Of a DNA stretch of 64,000 nt, positions 26,071-38,834 are shown piece after piece. The position numbers were made by a program, and so were the translations under genes. Under the pieces are notes generated by a model that saw only the letters and a list, made by a program, of their open reading frames with translations, was not told where the DNA came from and searched no databases. Location: the NCBI GenBank assembly GCA_963575745.1, contig CAUYUJ010000001.1, positions 1,426,001 to 1,490,000 of the forward strand, read 5' to 3'. Origin of the DNA: Prorocentrum cordatum (lineage: Eukaryota). The number at the start of each line of letters is the position of its first letter. Positions within the stretch are counted from its first letter, which is position 1.

Positions 26071-28959
26071 AAGAACGAAAGAGCGCATTGATGAGGGCGG
26101 GCCGAAGTCCGTCCGCGGGCGAAGGTTACACGCTTCTCCTGCCCGCGCCTCTCCGGCGAGAGGAGCCGCTGGCAGGGGGACACAACCAGACCTCCCCCCT
26201 GGCGCGGTCGAGACGGGTCCCCGACTGAGGAGCAAGAGAGCGGGCTGTGACGATGAGGACGCGACTCGCCCCTGCTACACCAGCTGAAGGAGAAAGAGGC
26301 ACCGGCTTTCAGCGCGCTTGGGCTTGCGCGCGTCGGAGCCCTGAGCAAAGGAGGCGCCTCCGCGGGGAGCCCCCCGGCTGCCCAGTGCCAGGTCCACGGG
26401 ATTAGTTGCCGGGTGCTCTCCCAGAGCACGAAAGTTGGAAGGAGGAGGCTAGCACTGGTGCGCTAGCGGTGGGCAGCAAGTCGCGCATGGAGATTTTTTT
26501 GGAGAGCGGCCCCAGGGAAAGCAGGCGTGCGGAAGGGGGCTGGACCTTTCCTGGATGTTGCCCAACGTGAGAGCGAGGCAGGAGGCACGCAGTTGCAAAG
26601 CCGCAATACGTGTGGTCAGCGGTTAGCGCGGCTTCGCGATCCTGTTGAGGCTGGGGCCTGGCCGTAGTGAGGCTTTGCGTGAGGGCACGTCTCGGATCGG
26701 TCGTTGCACCGGTGCCGCTCGGGCGCCTACACCCTGTTGGGTGGTACTAGGGCCCTTGGTCCCCGTTCCTTGGTGTGGCGGGGGGCTTGCCTGGTGGCAG
26801 GAGGCAGTGCGCTGGGGGACTGGGTGTGCGGCGGCATTGGCAAGCGCAGCGGCTTGGAGTGACGGGGCTGGCCAGGGGGGCGCAGCCTGCGACCCCTCGC
26901 CTGCCATGCGCAGATTCTCCCCCGGGCGGATGGCGATGCTGGCGCGGTTGTGCCCTGGGGTGTGGTTGCCTGTGTCGTGGGAAACGGTGGGGGCTGTGCT
27001 GCCGCCCCTGTGGTCTACCCCCGTGCCGTCCTGCGTGGGTCGCAGTGGAGTGCCTGCGGTGGGGCCCCGGTGGACCTCCATCTCCCGGCTTACTGTTGTC
27101 ACGTGCTTGCTTGGACGTGGAGGTGGGCGATCGTCGTCCGCGCCGTGGCCGTCGCTGTCGTGACCATCTGGTGGGTGAGGAGTGTCGTCCTCGGCGCTGT
27201 CGAGGGCCCCCCTAGGCCGAGTGCGTCCTCTTCGTCGCCGTCGAAGTGGTCGGGGGGGATGCCAATGGACCGTCAAGCTCGTCGTCATAACCCTGGCCCT
27301 GGTGGGCCTTGCACTGGAGCGGGTCACCGGGTGGGCCCGGCAGCTGCTCCCCGACTCGCCCCCCGTCGGGAGCGGGCGGGGCTCGTCCGGGGGAGTTCGG
27401 GCCTGGAGCATCCGGCTCGTCTGTCGGGCGGCGGAAGCGCGTGGTGACGACGGCCATGGATCGTGACCGCAGCACAGTGGGGGTGCGCATCAAGAAGCCA
27501 TGTGATGTGGTTTTCGTTGGGGTATCCTGGGTTTCTTCGCTCCGCGCGCTGCGCGGTGACTTCCCGTAGCCGTGGAGGAAGCTGCTGCGCTCAGGGTGCT
27601 CCAGGTTTTCCTCCAGGTGCACCTCGCGCGCGGGTTTTCAGCGCTGGGTTTCTCGCAAGGGTTTCTTGCGGCCGCGCACAAAATGCATTGCGAATGATGG
27701 CCGCGAGTGTATGTCGCCACTTAGCCGCATCGATGACGTCCTGTGGTGTGGAGTGCATGCGGGCTCTCGCTGTTGCCAACTCGTCAGCGTGACGGTTGAA
27801 AGCCCCGGCGATTGGTGAGATACGGCTTGCGTGGCTGAGTGGTTCAGCCGCTGCTCTGGTCCATAGTGCACGCCGAACCGTGCCCTGGCGAGGAGGTGAT
27901 GGTCCTGGTGAGAGCACGCCCCGTCAGTGGCTGCGTAAGCCCGCCCAGCTCCCGCGGCGGGGTCGGTGCGTTCCTCGAAGTGGTCCTCCTCGTGACCTTC
28001 TGGCGGCGGTCTGGGGATGGGCTGTGGGGGTTCGTCTTGGGTGAGGGCGGCCTGCGGGCCGAGGAACTTAGCGTCCTCTTCCAGGGGCCCGCAGCGCCGT
28101 GCGTGTGGCGGTAGGTCTCTCCACTGGCCCTCAGAGATCATGGCAGCCAGGGCCGTTCGCTCGTCGGCCCTGCACAGACATCTCCAGACGGCGTGTTCCT
28201 GGGCATCCTCTTCTTCGTTATACCAGCGGCACAGCGGGGACGGGTCGGCCAATATTCCCGCCCGCATTTCCTTCAGCTGGGTGTGGTCATGGCCACAGAG
28301 GTAGTTGCACAGGAGTTCGAGTTGCCATGCGGTGCATGTGGCTTTGCTTGCAGTTCTCTGGAGCCAGGTGTCGGCGAAGTAGTCGAGGCCGTGTTTGACT
28401 TCCGCGACCGTTCCCAGATCGTTCTTGATGGTGGGGGATCGGAGGAAGGTCCATCCATGCGAAGCTCTGAGCGCGCGCGTTGACATGGCAATGAGTAGGC
28501 GCAGCCGCGACAGGTGCGTGCACCAGTCGTCACTCATCGTGAGAAAGTTGGCCAGCTCCATTCCAGTCGGGCGCTGGTCTACAAGGCTGTGCCCATGGGG
28601 CCGTCTCCTGGGAAGGTTTGCGCGCGGCCACGGGCCGCTTCGGCTTTGGCGTTGGGGCTGGTGTCTCGTCGCACCTGCCTGCACACTCCAAGGAGTGCCT
28701 CCCGCTGCGTGATGGCGTCGAGTTTCGGGGCATGGCCTGGGACAGCGAGCGCACGCAGAGCCCGCTGGGACATCCACGAGCGCCCTTTGAGGCGAATGGC
28801 GAAGACCAGCGCGTTGTTGTAGGCGTTGCGTGCTTTCGCGCTGGCTGTTGGGATGTCAGTGCCGGCTGCGCGCGCGCCTGCACCCGGGACCACGCGGAGC
28901 AGGCTCCTCTCGCGTAGGTGTCTTCGGTGGGCGCCCGATGCGGGGAAGTCTGGCCACAG

Positions 28960-29092
28960 TCTCCTCCTCCTCCTCCTTCTCCTCCTCGTCCTCCTCCTCC
29001 GCCTCCTCCTTCTCCTCCTCCTCCTCCTCCTCCTCCTCCCCCTTCCTCCTCCTCCTCCTTCTCCTCCTCCGCCTCTTCCTCCTCCTCCTCCT
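28960..29092. repeat. (CCT)n microsatellite
   Basis: Direct reading of the sequence. Confidence 0.95.
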
Positions 29093-29409
29093 TGCGACGA
29101 ACTCGGGCATCGGCGGTGGCAGGGAGGTCGAGGTCCGTTCCTCCCGCTGCTGGTGCAACGTTGGTGAGCTTTGAGAGGGTGGCCATTTGGGGCTTGGGGC
29201 TGCCAAATGGTGGCGAAGCTCCTTCCCGACGGCACATCCCACAGCGCTTCCTGGATGGATGTTGTGACTCGATGGGGAGGTCGGCAAGGGCAGCTTCGTC
29301 GAGCGATGGTTTCAGCTCCCTTGCCGCAGGGGAGGTGGAGTTGCTGTCGTCGACGAACGTGCTGAGTACTGATGGAGCGTGGCACGTACCTGTGCTTTCG
29401 TTTGGTCCA

Positions 29410-29802
29410 AACACACACCACACACAACACACACAACACACAACACACAACACAACGCACACAACACACAACACACCACACACATACACACGCACACGCA
29501 CACGCACACGCACACGCACACGCACACGCACACACACACACACCCACCCACCCACACACACACACACACGCACACACACACACACACACGCGCATGCACA
29601 CGAACATGCACACACGCGCACGCGCACGCGCACGCGCACGCGCACGCGGACACGCGGACACGCACACGCAAACGCACACGCACACGAACACGCACTCGCA
29701 CTCGCACACGCACACACGCGCACGCGCACGCGCACGCGCACGCGCACGCGCACGCGCACGCGCACGCGCACACGCACACGCACACGCACACGCACACACA
29801 CA
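29410..29802. repeat. (CA)n/(CACACG)n/(CACGCG)n compound microsatellite
   Basis: Direct reading of the sequence. Confidence 0.95.
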
Positions 29803-30719
29803 AGGAGTTTGTTGTCGTCGAGTGATAAGGAGTTGTCTTACAGGTGGCTGTTGGCGGGTACCAGGGGGTTCGAGTTGGCCTCCCCCAAGCGGATGCGTCG
29901 TTGGTGGTGGGCGTAGGAGGACCTTCTGGCTTGGACGACGTCAGGGGGGGGCACCAAGCTTGGGAGCGCGAGGTCGAGGCCGATGTCCGTGATAAGGTAA
30001 TCCAAAGCAGTTGCGCCTGTTCAGCGCCGTCCCCGCGAACTGCTCCTGCAGGTGTCGGGCGTGCTCATCGTGTGCGGCTAGCTTGGTGCTGACGTCACCG
30101 ATAGTGGCGTGCGAGGCCGCCCCGAAGCTGGTGGGGTGGGCCCAGCGCGCCCTCCATGTCGCAAGGCTGCGGTGCGCTGGCGCCTCCCATGCTTACTTCC
30201 AGATGGACAACGGTATGGTGGCGTTGGTCCGCCGGCAGCTCTGCTTTCCCTTTTCGGAAACACCGGCTTGGCATATCTTTGTAGGAGTGGTTCTCGTGCC
30301 TTCACAGCGCTCCGCATGCCTTTCAGCGCTCAGGCAAACTGACGTCAGACCCCGTCTGGGGGCGTCTTGGCCTCATTTGTGGCCCAGTCGCCCATGCCCC
30401 CCCCTCTGGCAGCGGGGCGCGCGCGGATGAAATGAGCGAGGGCTTCATCGGCGAGAGCGAATGGTTGAGCGGGAGCTGGGTCGAGGAGTTCCTGACGGCA
30501 CTCTTCACCAAGAGCATCCCGCGTGGGGATTGTTTCTTCGATCCTGGCCCCGTCGTTGCGACATCGCCCCAGCGTTGGTTTTTCAGGTGTCCGTCAGGAG
30601 TTTCAGCGTGGCTTCAGCGTCGGCGAGGATGGTGTTCGGCTTGCTCAGGGAGGCAGGAACCTGGCAGTCCGAGTTCCCCGTACTATCCGAGGCGGAATCG
30701 GAGCGGGCGTCAGACAGCG

Positions 30720-31017
30720 TGGCAGACGAGCAAGGCAGATCAGCAAGGGAAAGACCAGTTCGGCAGACCAGCGCGGCAGACCAGCAATGCAGAACAGCAC
30801 GATTCAGACCAGCACGGCATATTGGCGTGGACCAACACGGCAGACCAGCACGGCAGACCAGCATGGCAGGCCAGCGCGGCGGACCAGCATAGCAGACAAG
30901 CGCGGCAGACCAATTGTGCAGACCAGCGCGGCAGACCAGCACGGCACACCAGCACGGCACACGAGCACGGCACGCAGTGCGGCAGATCAGCGAGGCAGAC
31001 CAGCACATCAGACCAGC
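30720..31017. repeat. Short-period (~14 bp) degenerate tandem repeat CGGCAGACCAGCA
   Basis: GCAGACCAGC-like units recur more than ten times. Confidence 0.85.
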
Positions 31018-32880
31018 CGTTTTTTTTCAGAGTTCGCGACGAGACATTCAATCAGGCTTCGTAGACACAACGACGCTTCCCGTTCTTGTCCGGTCAGGTT
31101 CCGGAAACATGGTCTTTTCGCTCCAGACATGCTCAAAAAATTAGCCCCAGAGAGGACTCCACACCATCATTATCTTGGAATACCCCCCGGAGGGTTTCAA
31201 AACGACCCAAGAGAGCTCCCAAAGGCTACCAAGAGCGCCCGAAGAGGCCCCATGACTGTTCAAGAGGGCCCCAAGACGGCCCAAGACAGCCTCAGATGGT
31301 GCCACCCCCCAAGAGGCCCCCAGGATGCTCCAAGATAGCCCTAGACGGCCCCCAACAGCCCACAGGGTAGCCTCAAAAGATCACCAAGACACCTCTCTTC
31401 GTCAACGTCCTTTTCGTAGGGTTCCTTACCGTCCTTCTTCGTCGTCGTAGTCCTTTTTCTCCTCCTCCTCCTCATCCTCCTCCTCCTCCTCGGCGCATGC
31501 TTTTCCTTCAGTCCTCCCCCTTCCTGCTGTTTCCTGTCCTTTCTTCCTGTGCACGTTAGGTGTTTGTGTTGTTTTTTTCTGTCTGCATGGTTTATGACCT
31601 CCTCGTGGCCGCAGTTAGCCGACCCCGTTTTGGCTTCGACGCCGCGGGCTTGGTTTTTCTGCCGCCCCCAGAGTTTCCAGGCCACCCCAGTGCGCTGCTA
31701 TGCCCTGCCCGAACAATACCATAGACTTACATGAGTTTGTGACTTTGCCATACAGGGCGCTACTTCCGTAGCTGTCGTCCTGCCTGTCCCCTTCGACTGC
31801 TCACCTGCACGTGGGGCCTGGTGGCCGTGATCGTGCTCCCGTCGGCGTCTGCTCTCTCTCTGGCTCTTCCTCCTCCTGTGTCTTCGGGGGCATGGTCCCT
31901 CCTGTAGTCGTGTGTTCTTGTCTAATTCATGTTGCGTTGGTGTGCGAGGCGGTGGGATCGTCCATGGCGCTGTGCGCACGCCGCCTTAGGAACTGACTCG
32001 ACTTTTGTTTGGCCCTCTCCCTCCTCCTCCTCCTCCTTTGGCTCTTGTTTCTTTTCCGCCTTCTCTCCAGTTCCACCTGAATATTTGCCGCCACCGCAGA
32101 CGACCATCCAGCTTTCCTGACGCAGCGTCGTCATGAAACACTGTCCTTTGCTTTCTGTGGCATGCCGGACCAGTGGGCTCATTAATTGTGCTTGGTTGGG
32201 GTGCGTTGCGGTGGCAAAAAAAAAAACTCCTCCTCCTCCTCCTCCTCCTCCTCCTCCTCCTCCTCTTCCTCCTCCTCCTCCTCCTCCTCCTCCTCCTCCG
32301 CTTGATCTCTCCTCGTACTCGTCCTCCGCCATCTCTTCCTCTTCGTCCTCGTGCTTGGTCACTCGTTGTCCTTCTGCTTCCCTCGCTACCCTCCCCGTCG
32401 TCCACGCTGCCATCCTCGACATCTGCCGCCTTGTCGTCTCCATCAATCTTGTCTGATTTTTCCCCCTACGAGCCGAATTGACAAAATCGGCGCTTTCCGT
32501 TCTTGTCCGATCAGGTTCTGATCCTCCCAACAGGGATGAATGATCTAGGTATTTCATGCCATCCAACTGCAGATATGCATTCGGGACAGTGTCGGATCCC
32601 CTTCTTGGCTGGGGCTGTGCAGGGCGAACAAGTTGAGAGGCTTTTGTGGTCAGGGGGGGTACCGTTGCCATCTTCGCATCCTCACCCTCGCAGCCGCGTG
32701 GGCATGGGGAAGGGAGGGTCGGACCTATGGAGGGCGGGGTGGTGAGCCCCTCCCACCCCTCCCTCCCGCAGTGTTGGTTGAGTGTCTCCCTTCCGCGTCG
32801 GGCCCAGCGCAGACGATTCGAGGGCGGGTTGGGGCAGACAGCGCAGGTCGGGGCAGACGGTGTGCAGGCGCGGAGCTAGT

Positions 32881-33734
32881 GTTAAGTCGGGCATGTATGT
32901 CCCTCTACAGGAGGAATAGTCAAGAATAGTACAGATAGTCCTGTGACGATGTTTGATGTTTCATCGGAGGTTGGGGGGTGAGTCCGACGTGAAACGGAGA
33001 CCCCCCTACGGGGAAATCGATTTCGGTTTCGGGTTCGTGTCGTGCGTGCCGTGCGTGCCGTGCGTACGTGCGTGCGGGCGAGGCGAAGCTGCGTGGGCGG
33101 GCGAGAGGAAATCCTCCTGTGACTGGGCCGCGGCCGGACCAAATGATTCTCCTCCGGCGGCTGGTGGCCCGCGGTGTCCCGCCGGTGTCCCGCTGGTGTC
33201 CCGAAATCCTCCTGTGGCTGGGCCGCGGCCGGACCAAATGATTATCCTCCGGCGGCCGGTCGCCCGCGGTGTCCCGCTGGTGTCCCGCTGGTGTCCCGAA
33301 ATCCTCTTGTGACCGGGCCGCGGCCGGACCGAAAGTCTCTCCACCCGGCAAGCGGTGCCCTGCGGTGTCCCGCTAGTGTCCTGCTGGTGTCCCGCCGTGG
33401 CTGCGGCGAACTATCCAATGCAAGTCTACATGCAAACCGACATGCAAGCCAAAAACACATCGAAATGCAATCGACATGCACATTCGAGATGCAGATCGAA
33501 AAGCAATTCGGCATGCACATTGATATGTCGTATGCAAATCGAGATGCAGATCGAAAAGCAAATCGACATGCACATCGATATGCGCACCACAGGCATCGTC
33601 AGAACAACAGTCACCATTGTTGCCCATTGCTGCCCCCCCAAATCTCCTTATCACCCGCAGGGTGGTCGCATAGGTATTTTGATGTCTTATTTGTCTTCCA
33701 AAATCCGCCTGTAGGAGGACATGCCCGACCTAAC
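32881..33734. mobile_element. Non-autonomous TIR element, family M3 (854 bp), with perfect 6-bp TSD GCTAGT
   Basis: Left GTTAAGTCGGGCATGTATGTCCCTCTACAGGAGGA and right TCCGCCTGTAGGAGGACATGCCCGACCTAAC are inverted. GCTAGT lies at 32875-32880 and 33735-33740. The interior has ~95-bp subrepeats (33110-33390) and ATGCAGATCGAAAAGCAA repeats, with no transposase. Confidence 0.85.
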
Positions 33735-33740
33735 GCTAGT

Positions 33741-34750
33741 GGCGGCGTGAGCCTGGGACCGAAGGGCATCAACGGCCGCGCGTCTGGCCACAGACTGCTG
33801 GGGCGCGGTGCCCCGGTGCTTTCCCATGCGGCCCGGGCTTGCTTCAGCGCCCACGTGCTGCGCGAGGTGGGCCGCGCGAGCCAGGCTGGCCGATCAATTC
33901 GTCCAAGGAGATCGAGCGGGCAGGGCGGGTCGACGTGCAGCGGGCTTGGTCGTGGCCGCATCCTGGTGTGTCGCCGTTGCGCTGTCAGTCTTCGCTGGTG
34001 TTGCGTGGGCGTCAGAACTGTCACTGGCATCTGCTGCGCGAAGATGACCCGTGTCTAGCTGACGGCTCAGAAATCACAGATCACAGGTCAATCACCATAT
34101 CGCACCTTTCTGCACGGTGATACATGGAAAGTGGATCCTCTGAATATGGTACCCAGTTCTCTCAAAGCTCAGTGTTTGAGGAATTGCGCTAGTGGCGAAT
34201 GGTCGAGCGAAGCAAGAAGTGCCCTCCCCCCCAGCTTACACGATATCGATCCTAGCATTTCATACAGGGAGATTCGGTTTACCAATCTTCCCAGCAATCT
34301 CTCAAGTTCACCAATATCGACTTGCTCTTCTCTCCGCTTCCATCATGCCGCCTTTCCTTCATCGGTGGATCCTCCTTTCGCTCCCTGCCACCTCTCTTCG
34401 CGGCCCGATCCCTCAAGGAGCGCCAGCGGGCTGCCATCTGGATCCCCCTTGGCATGGACACTGGAGCACAGGCGGGGGCGGGCTCCGCAGAGGCCTAGGC
34501 AGAGCGAGGAGACCGCATTGTGAAAGATGGGGGCGCCGGAGGGTGGGGCAAGAGCATGCTGCGATGTGGAGAGCGCTTCAAGAGGTAGGATGATGATAGT
34601 GGGGAGTGAGGGCGGTTTCTGTTCAGGGGCGAGGTCGCCTGTCATTCCGCATTCTGGTCGATGAGCGCACACTTCATGAGGCGCAGTGCCACGCGTGTTG
34701 GGCAGCACGTGCCAGTGAATCATTGTTGGGGGTCTTCCTGCAAGGGCCAA
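33741..34750 (-). mobile_element. Decayed LINE reverse-transcriptase region
   Basis: Degenerate minus-strand motifs in order: VLPNTRGT (~34700), HAKGDPDGSPLA (GxPQGSPLS-like, ~34440), RELGTIF (~34155), and post-RT-like VLTPTQHQRRLTAQRRHTR...PLHV (~34000). Many stops. Confidence 0.4.
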
Positions 34751-34803
34751 TTACCCAGCCACTTGCGCACGGTGGGGATACCAGCTGCGAGCACATTCCG
34801 CAG

Positions 34804-34884
34804 GGCCACGCGAACGCGCTCTGCTTGCAGTCCGTCGACGGCAGCGGGACAATGAAGGTGCTCTGCTACGACCCGAACTACAAG
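34804..34884 (+). CDS. Candidate internal exon (GHANALCLQSVDGSGTMKVLCYDPNYK)
   Basis: TTCCGCAG|G acceptor, AAG|GC donor (GC donors are common in dinoflagellates), 81 nt = 27 codons, nearly all ending in G/C. Confidence 0.6.
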
Positions 34885-36569
34885 GCGGGGCGTAGGGGGG
34901 GTCGGTCGGGGACGCTCCCCTGGCAGCCGGCGCGGGCCCCTCCGTGCACGTGTGCCGCTCCCCGTCGCCTCACGCCTCCCGCGAGCGAGTCTCCGCCGCC
35001 TGAATGGGCGGCTTGCCCGCAGCAGTTGGCGTGATGAGGACCAAGTGGTGGCACAGATGCGGCTTTGGCCTACGCCAACCCTGAGACCCTCTTGACCGGT
35101 CTTTTTGACCACCTGCAGACGACGTTGGCGACGTTGGCTGGACATGGGGGCTGCGAGTCGCTACCTTCGCGCCCTCCGCCCTTCTCTGAACTTTCCATCC
35201 GCCCGCCGTTGCGGGCGCTCGGCTCACTAACTCAGTGACAATGCACATCGTGCGCATTGCAGTTGGAAAGGGTAGCGGCGCTCGCGTGCGCCGCCATGTC
35301 GTCCGCCAACGTTGAGGATCACACCCTCCCAACAACCTTCGTGAAAGGCTCTACTGCTAGGAGAAGAGGACGGGGAAACTACTCATATGTCAGGTTATAT
35401 ATATATATATATATATCGACCATCTGGCCAAAGGCAGGGTTATATCCACTGCGTTGAGCGAGGTGATCACTAGTACGCAGCTACACGATGAAGGCGCAAA
35501 GCAGCGAGCAGTGGAGGCGACATGCCAGATGAGATTCTGGCTGATCTTGCGAAGTCAGTACTCCAGAGAGGATACCCGAGCGTACGTCACCACAACTCCA
35601 CTCCCAGGGGGCAAACCCATGACTCAGAAAATGATTCAGAGAGCGGACGAGAGTCCTCGCGAGATCCGGATCAGGTGTCGCAGGTTTCGTCGGTTCCCCG
35701 ATCGATGCCCAGAGTGCCGAGCAAGAACCAGACCGAAGTAAGGCTGAGCCAGGACCGTGCGATTGATCTTGCCACGTCGCCGTCGAGAGACGAGTGGAAT
35801 GCTCCAGGAGCGTACGTTGCAGCATATTGGACGGACCTCTCGTTGGACGAGCGGGCCCACATGGACGATGCTAATCCTCACGTCAAGATGACATAGGAGA
35901 AGGGGAGCGTGAAGAAATCGCTTTTGGTGACGAACGCGTTTGCACGATGGACCCTGAAGAATGCGACGATGCGGGGGCAGGCCAGCAAGCCTTTGGTTAT
36001 AGCTGCGCCTATTCTCCAGCAGGCGGCGAACGCGAAATACCGTCCAGCGCGGCGGAGTCCATTGGCACCGATAAGAGACAGCACGCTTCGCGTATCCCCA
36101 CCAGTGCCCCGCGGCTGCTTGGTGAGTGGGCCGGCCGGCTAGCGGCGCGTCTTGTAGCTAATCAGCCTTGGTGGCTGCCCCGGACATTTGCTTTCGCCGC
36201 GTGTGCTCTTCGCTCGCGGCCGCGACCAAAAAAAAGCGTATCCCCACCAGTCCATCCAGAAACGATGCCCAGGCGAGTTGCCTCTCAGAGTCTCCTCAGA
36301 TGTCTTTTGAAAGGTTTTTGGAGGCCTCTTGGAGCGTCTTGGGGGCCTCTTGGCGGTCCCCGGGGCCTCTTGGAGCGTCTTGGGTGCCTCGGGGAGCCTC
36401 TTGGGGCCTCTTGGGGGTCTCTAGGGAGCCTCCTGGGGCGCCTCTTGGGGCCTCCAGGGCGCCTTTTGGGGCCCTCGTGTGGCGCTCTTGGGAGCCTTGG
36501 GAGCGCTCTTGGGGCCAGTTCGGAGGAGATCGATCAACGAACGGGAAGAACTTTCGAGGACGTCTCAAG

Positions 36570-36790
36570 CGAAGGGGGCCCGAACCAGAGCGAAGCCAGA
36601 CAAATTTTGCGGACGTCTCAGGCGAGATCAGGCCCGAGCTGGGCCCAATCAAGCCCGGCCAGGCAAATTCGAAGGACGTCTCACACGAAGCCGAGCCAAA
36701 CAAGGCCAAACCAGGGACCAAACCAGGCCAAGCCGGGCCGGACCAGGCCAAACCAGGGGCCAAACCAGGCAGATCCGCCAAAACCGGGCG
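36570..36790. repeat. Degenerate short tandem repeat CCAGGCCAAA
   Basis: Direct reading of the sequence. Confidence 0.75.
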
Positions 36791-37045
36791 CCATCCGCTC
36801 TTTTTAGTAAATCCCGAAGTGAAGGAAGAAGTAAAGGAGTGGATCACATCAGGGCCCCTCCCCCGCAGGCGGACTCCGGTGTAGAATTGTACGCGGGAGG
36901 GCGTTTGGGCCGCGCGCCCGCTGATGTGGACGGGGCGTGGGCGCAGAAGCCTTCATTTATCTTTCGGGTGTCGTTGTGGCTTTGGCGCGGCGTTCGGAAG
37001 ATATTTTCGAGCCTGTGGAGCGTGTGACCAAGAGAAGAAGATAAA

Positions 37046-38834
37046 ATGGAACGCCAGAGGCTGCGGGCTGCTACGGCTGGGTCGCGACGCTCGCGATCCT
37101 TGAGAGGCATGGGGCTCGAGGGCCCCGCTGCAGCTACGTATCTAGCGTGGGCTCCAGAATTTCAGCGGTGTGAGCCAGTGGTTGGTCCTCAGCCATTCAT
37201 GCAGAAGTCTGGTGCATCAGATGCCAGTTTCCAAGCGCGTGTGAGCAATGGTCGGTCTGATCGCGACGCTGCTGATTATATGGTATCATGGCATCCGGAA
37301 CTTTGTTCTTTCTTCGGTCCGAATCCGCATGCTCCAGACTTCGGTCCTCTGAGCGCTTTTCGACTGGGACTTTATTGAACCCGAGACGGCAGGGGAAGCC
37401 GATTTGGGCGACGGTTGGACAGAGCAGTCCAAAGATGACGGAGTCGAGTTGATCTTTGAAAGGATTTGTGACCTGGCCCAGAGCTCTAATCAAGCGAAGC
37501 GTGAAACTTTGTCGGATTTGGCGAAGGGCATGGACGCTGCCTCCAGACAACAATGCACGATCATAACATCGTTTTGGGAAGACACCAGAAGGCGCTGAGT
37601 CGAGCCAGGCTGCGATTAGTAGTGACGAGTGTGCTGCTGATTCAGAAGCGTGATGTTCACTCTCGGGCCTTGGCCGTTGGCATGTCTGGTTCCGTCCAGT
37701 TTTAGGAGCAGTAGAGATCCCCCCGCTCCGATGGAAATCATGACGGACGAGGGGGCGGCGGCTGAAACACTCGGTGGCGAAGCACAATCTGCCCGTGAGC
37801 TCTCGACTGCGGGAACGTAACCGTGGTTTCTGACGGGGGCCGCGACGGGAGTTGGATCGATGGAAAAACTATTGGAAACGCAATGGCGTTGATCGAGAAA
37901 AGAAAGGCACGTGCCCCAGCTCCCGGCTGATAAAGAGTGGAATGCGCGAGCGGTAGCTCGCGCACAGTGATCGATACATTTCGCAGTTGCTCTAACCCTG
38001 CGGGTATGTGCAACGACGGAAAGATAGAGCAAGCTTTCCTTGATTGCGTTGCCTACGGTGCGCAGGAGCGTTACAATGAGACGTGGGTGGGCATGTGTGC
38101 CATGCAGGTTGCGCCCCTCATGGGCCCGTTTGCCAGACCTTGAGTCAAGGGATTCAAATATTGTGCTATACTGCCTTCCAGGGCAGCTATGAAAGATGTC
38201 CGCGAAATCCCCAGAAATGAGTAGAATTCCCGTTATTTTCGCAAACCAAGGGATGCACGGGATAAGATTGGTAGAGCAAAAATACATGGCATGTGGTACA
38301 TACACTACGCTTGCTACCTTGATGATGAAGGGTTCTCCTGAATTTGAAACTCCATCCATGACGGGGCGAGCTGTTGTTGAATCGTCAGCTGGTAGGTCAG
38401 TCCTCCCTCCGCCGCCTCCGCGGGGGTCGGGCACGACCGAGAATGGTGGTCGGGTTCCAGGTTCGGATTTCGGGCGTGAGCGGTGGGAGGATAGGAAGGC
38501 ATCAGATGCTGCACGACCCTGTGATTCCTCCAAGGGGCGTGGAAAGAAGAGGGATCGGCAGCATGCAGACATGGAAGGAGCCTTCGCCGGAAAGTTCCAG
38601 TCAGTTGGAAAAGGGAGAGGACTTGGTGGCAGCAAGGATGGAGGCAGAGGGAGTTGGTGCGTTTCCTTCTCCAACTATCGTTGGAGTAATGATGATCATC
38701 AGAGTAGTTGGAACGATGGCGGCTCCTGGTTGAACAGGGATGCTGAAGCTGGCGGTGCCAGCGGGAACAACTGGGGCATGGGGAGCAAGAGGTGGCGAGA
38801 CAACTCTTGGAGAGACAAGTCTGGTAAATCATAG
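37046..38834 (+). pseudogene. Decayed, intronless coding-like region of unknown family
   Basis: Consecutive protein-like ORF fragments (37046, 37404, 37937, 38196) with lower GC than the flanks, ending in a W/G/S/D-rich tail (SSWNDGGSW...NNWG...W). Confidence 0.35.

Larger units (their letters stand above)
27740..30350 (-). mobile_element. Decayed LINE ORF2: APE endonuclease, linker, (RT core not seen), Cys/His motif, RNase H; interrupted by microsatellites
   Basis: Minus-strand motifs appear in the expected order: TIGDVST (GDFN-like, ~30095), GATALDYLITD (~30000), LCRWYNEEEDAQEHAVWRC (~28200), YAATDGACSHQ...ARFGVHYG (RNase H start, ~27920), HADELATAR (RNase H end, ~27780). Frameshifts and stops lie between them. 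Confidence 0.65.

Noticed and set aside
26230..26298. Possible exon ending LLHQLKEKE with a GC donor, at the spacing expected for the missing exon
   Set aside because: The acceptor is poor and the phase does not fit the neighbouring candidate exons.
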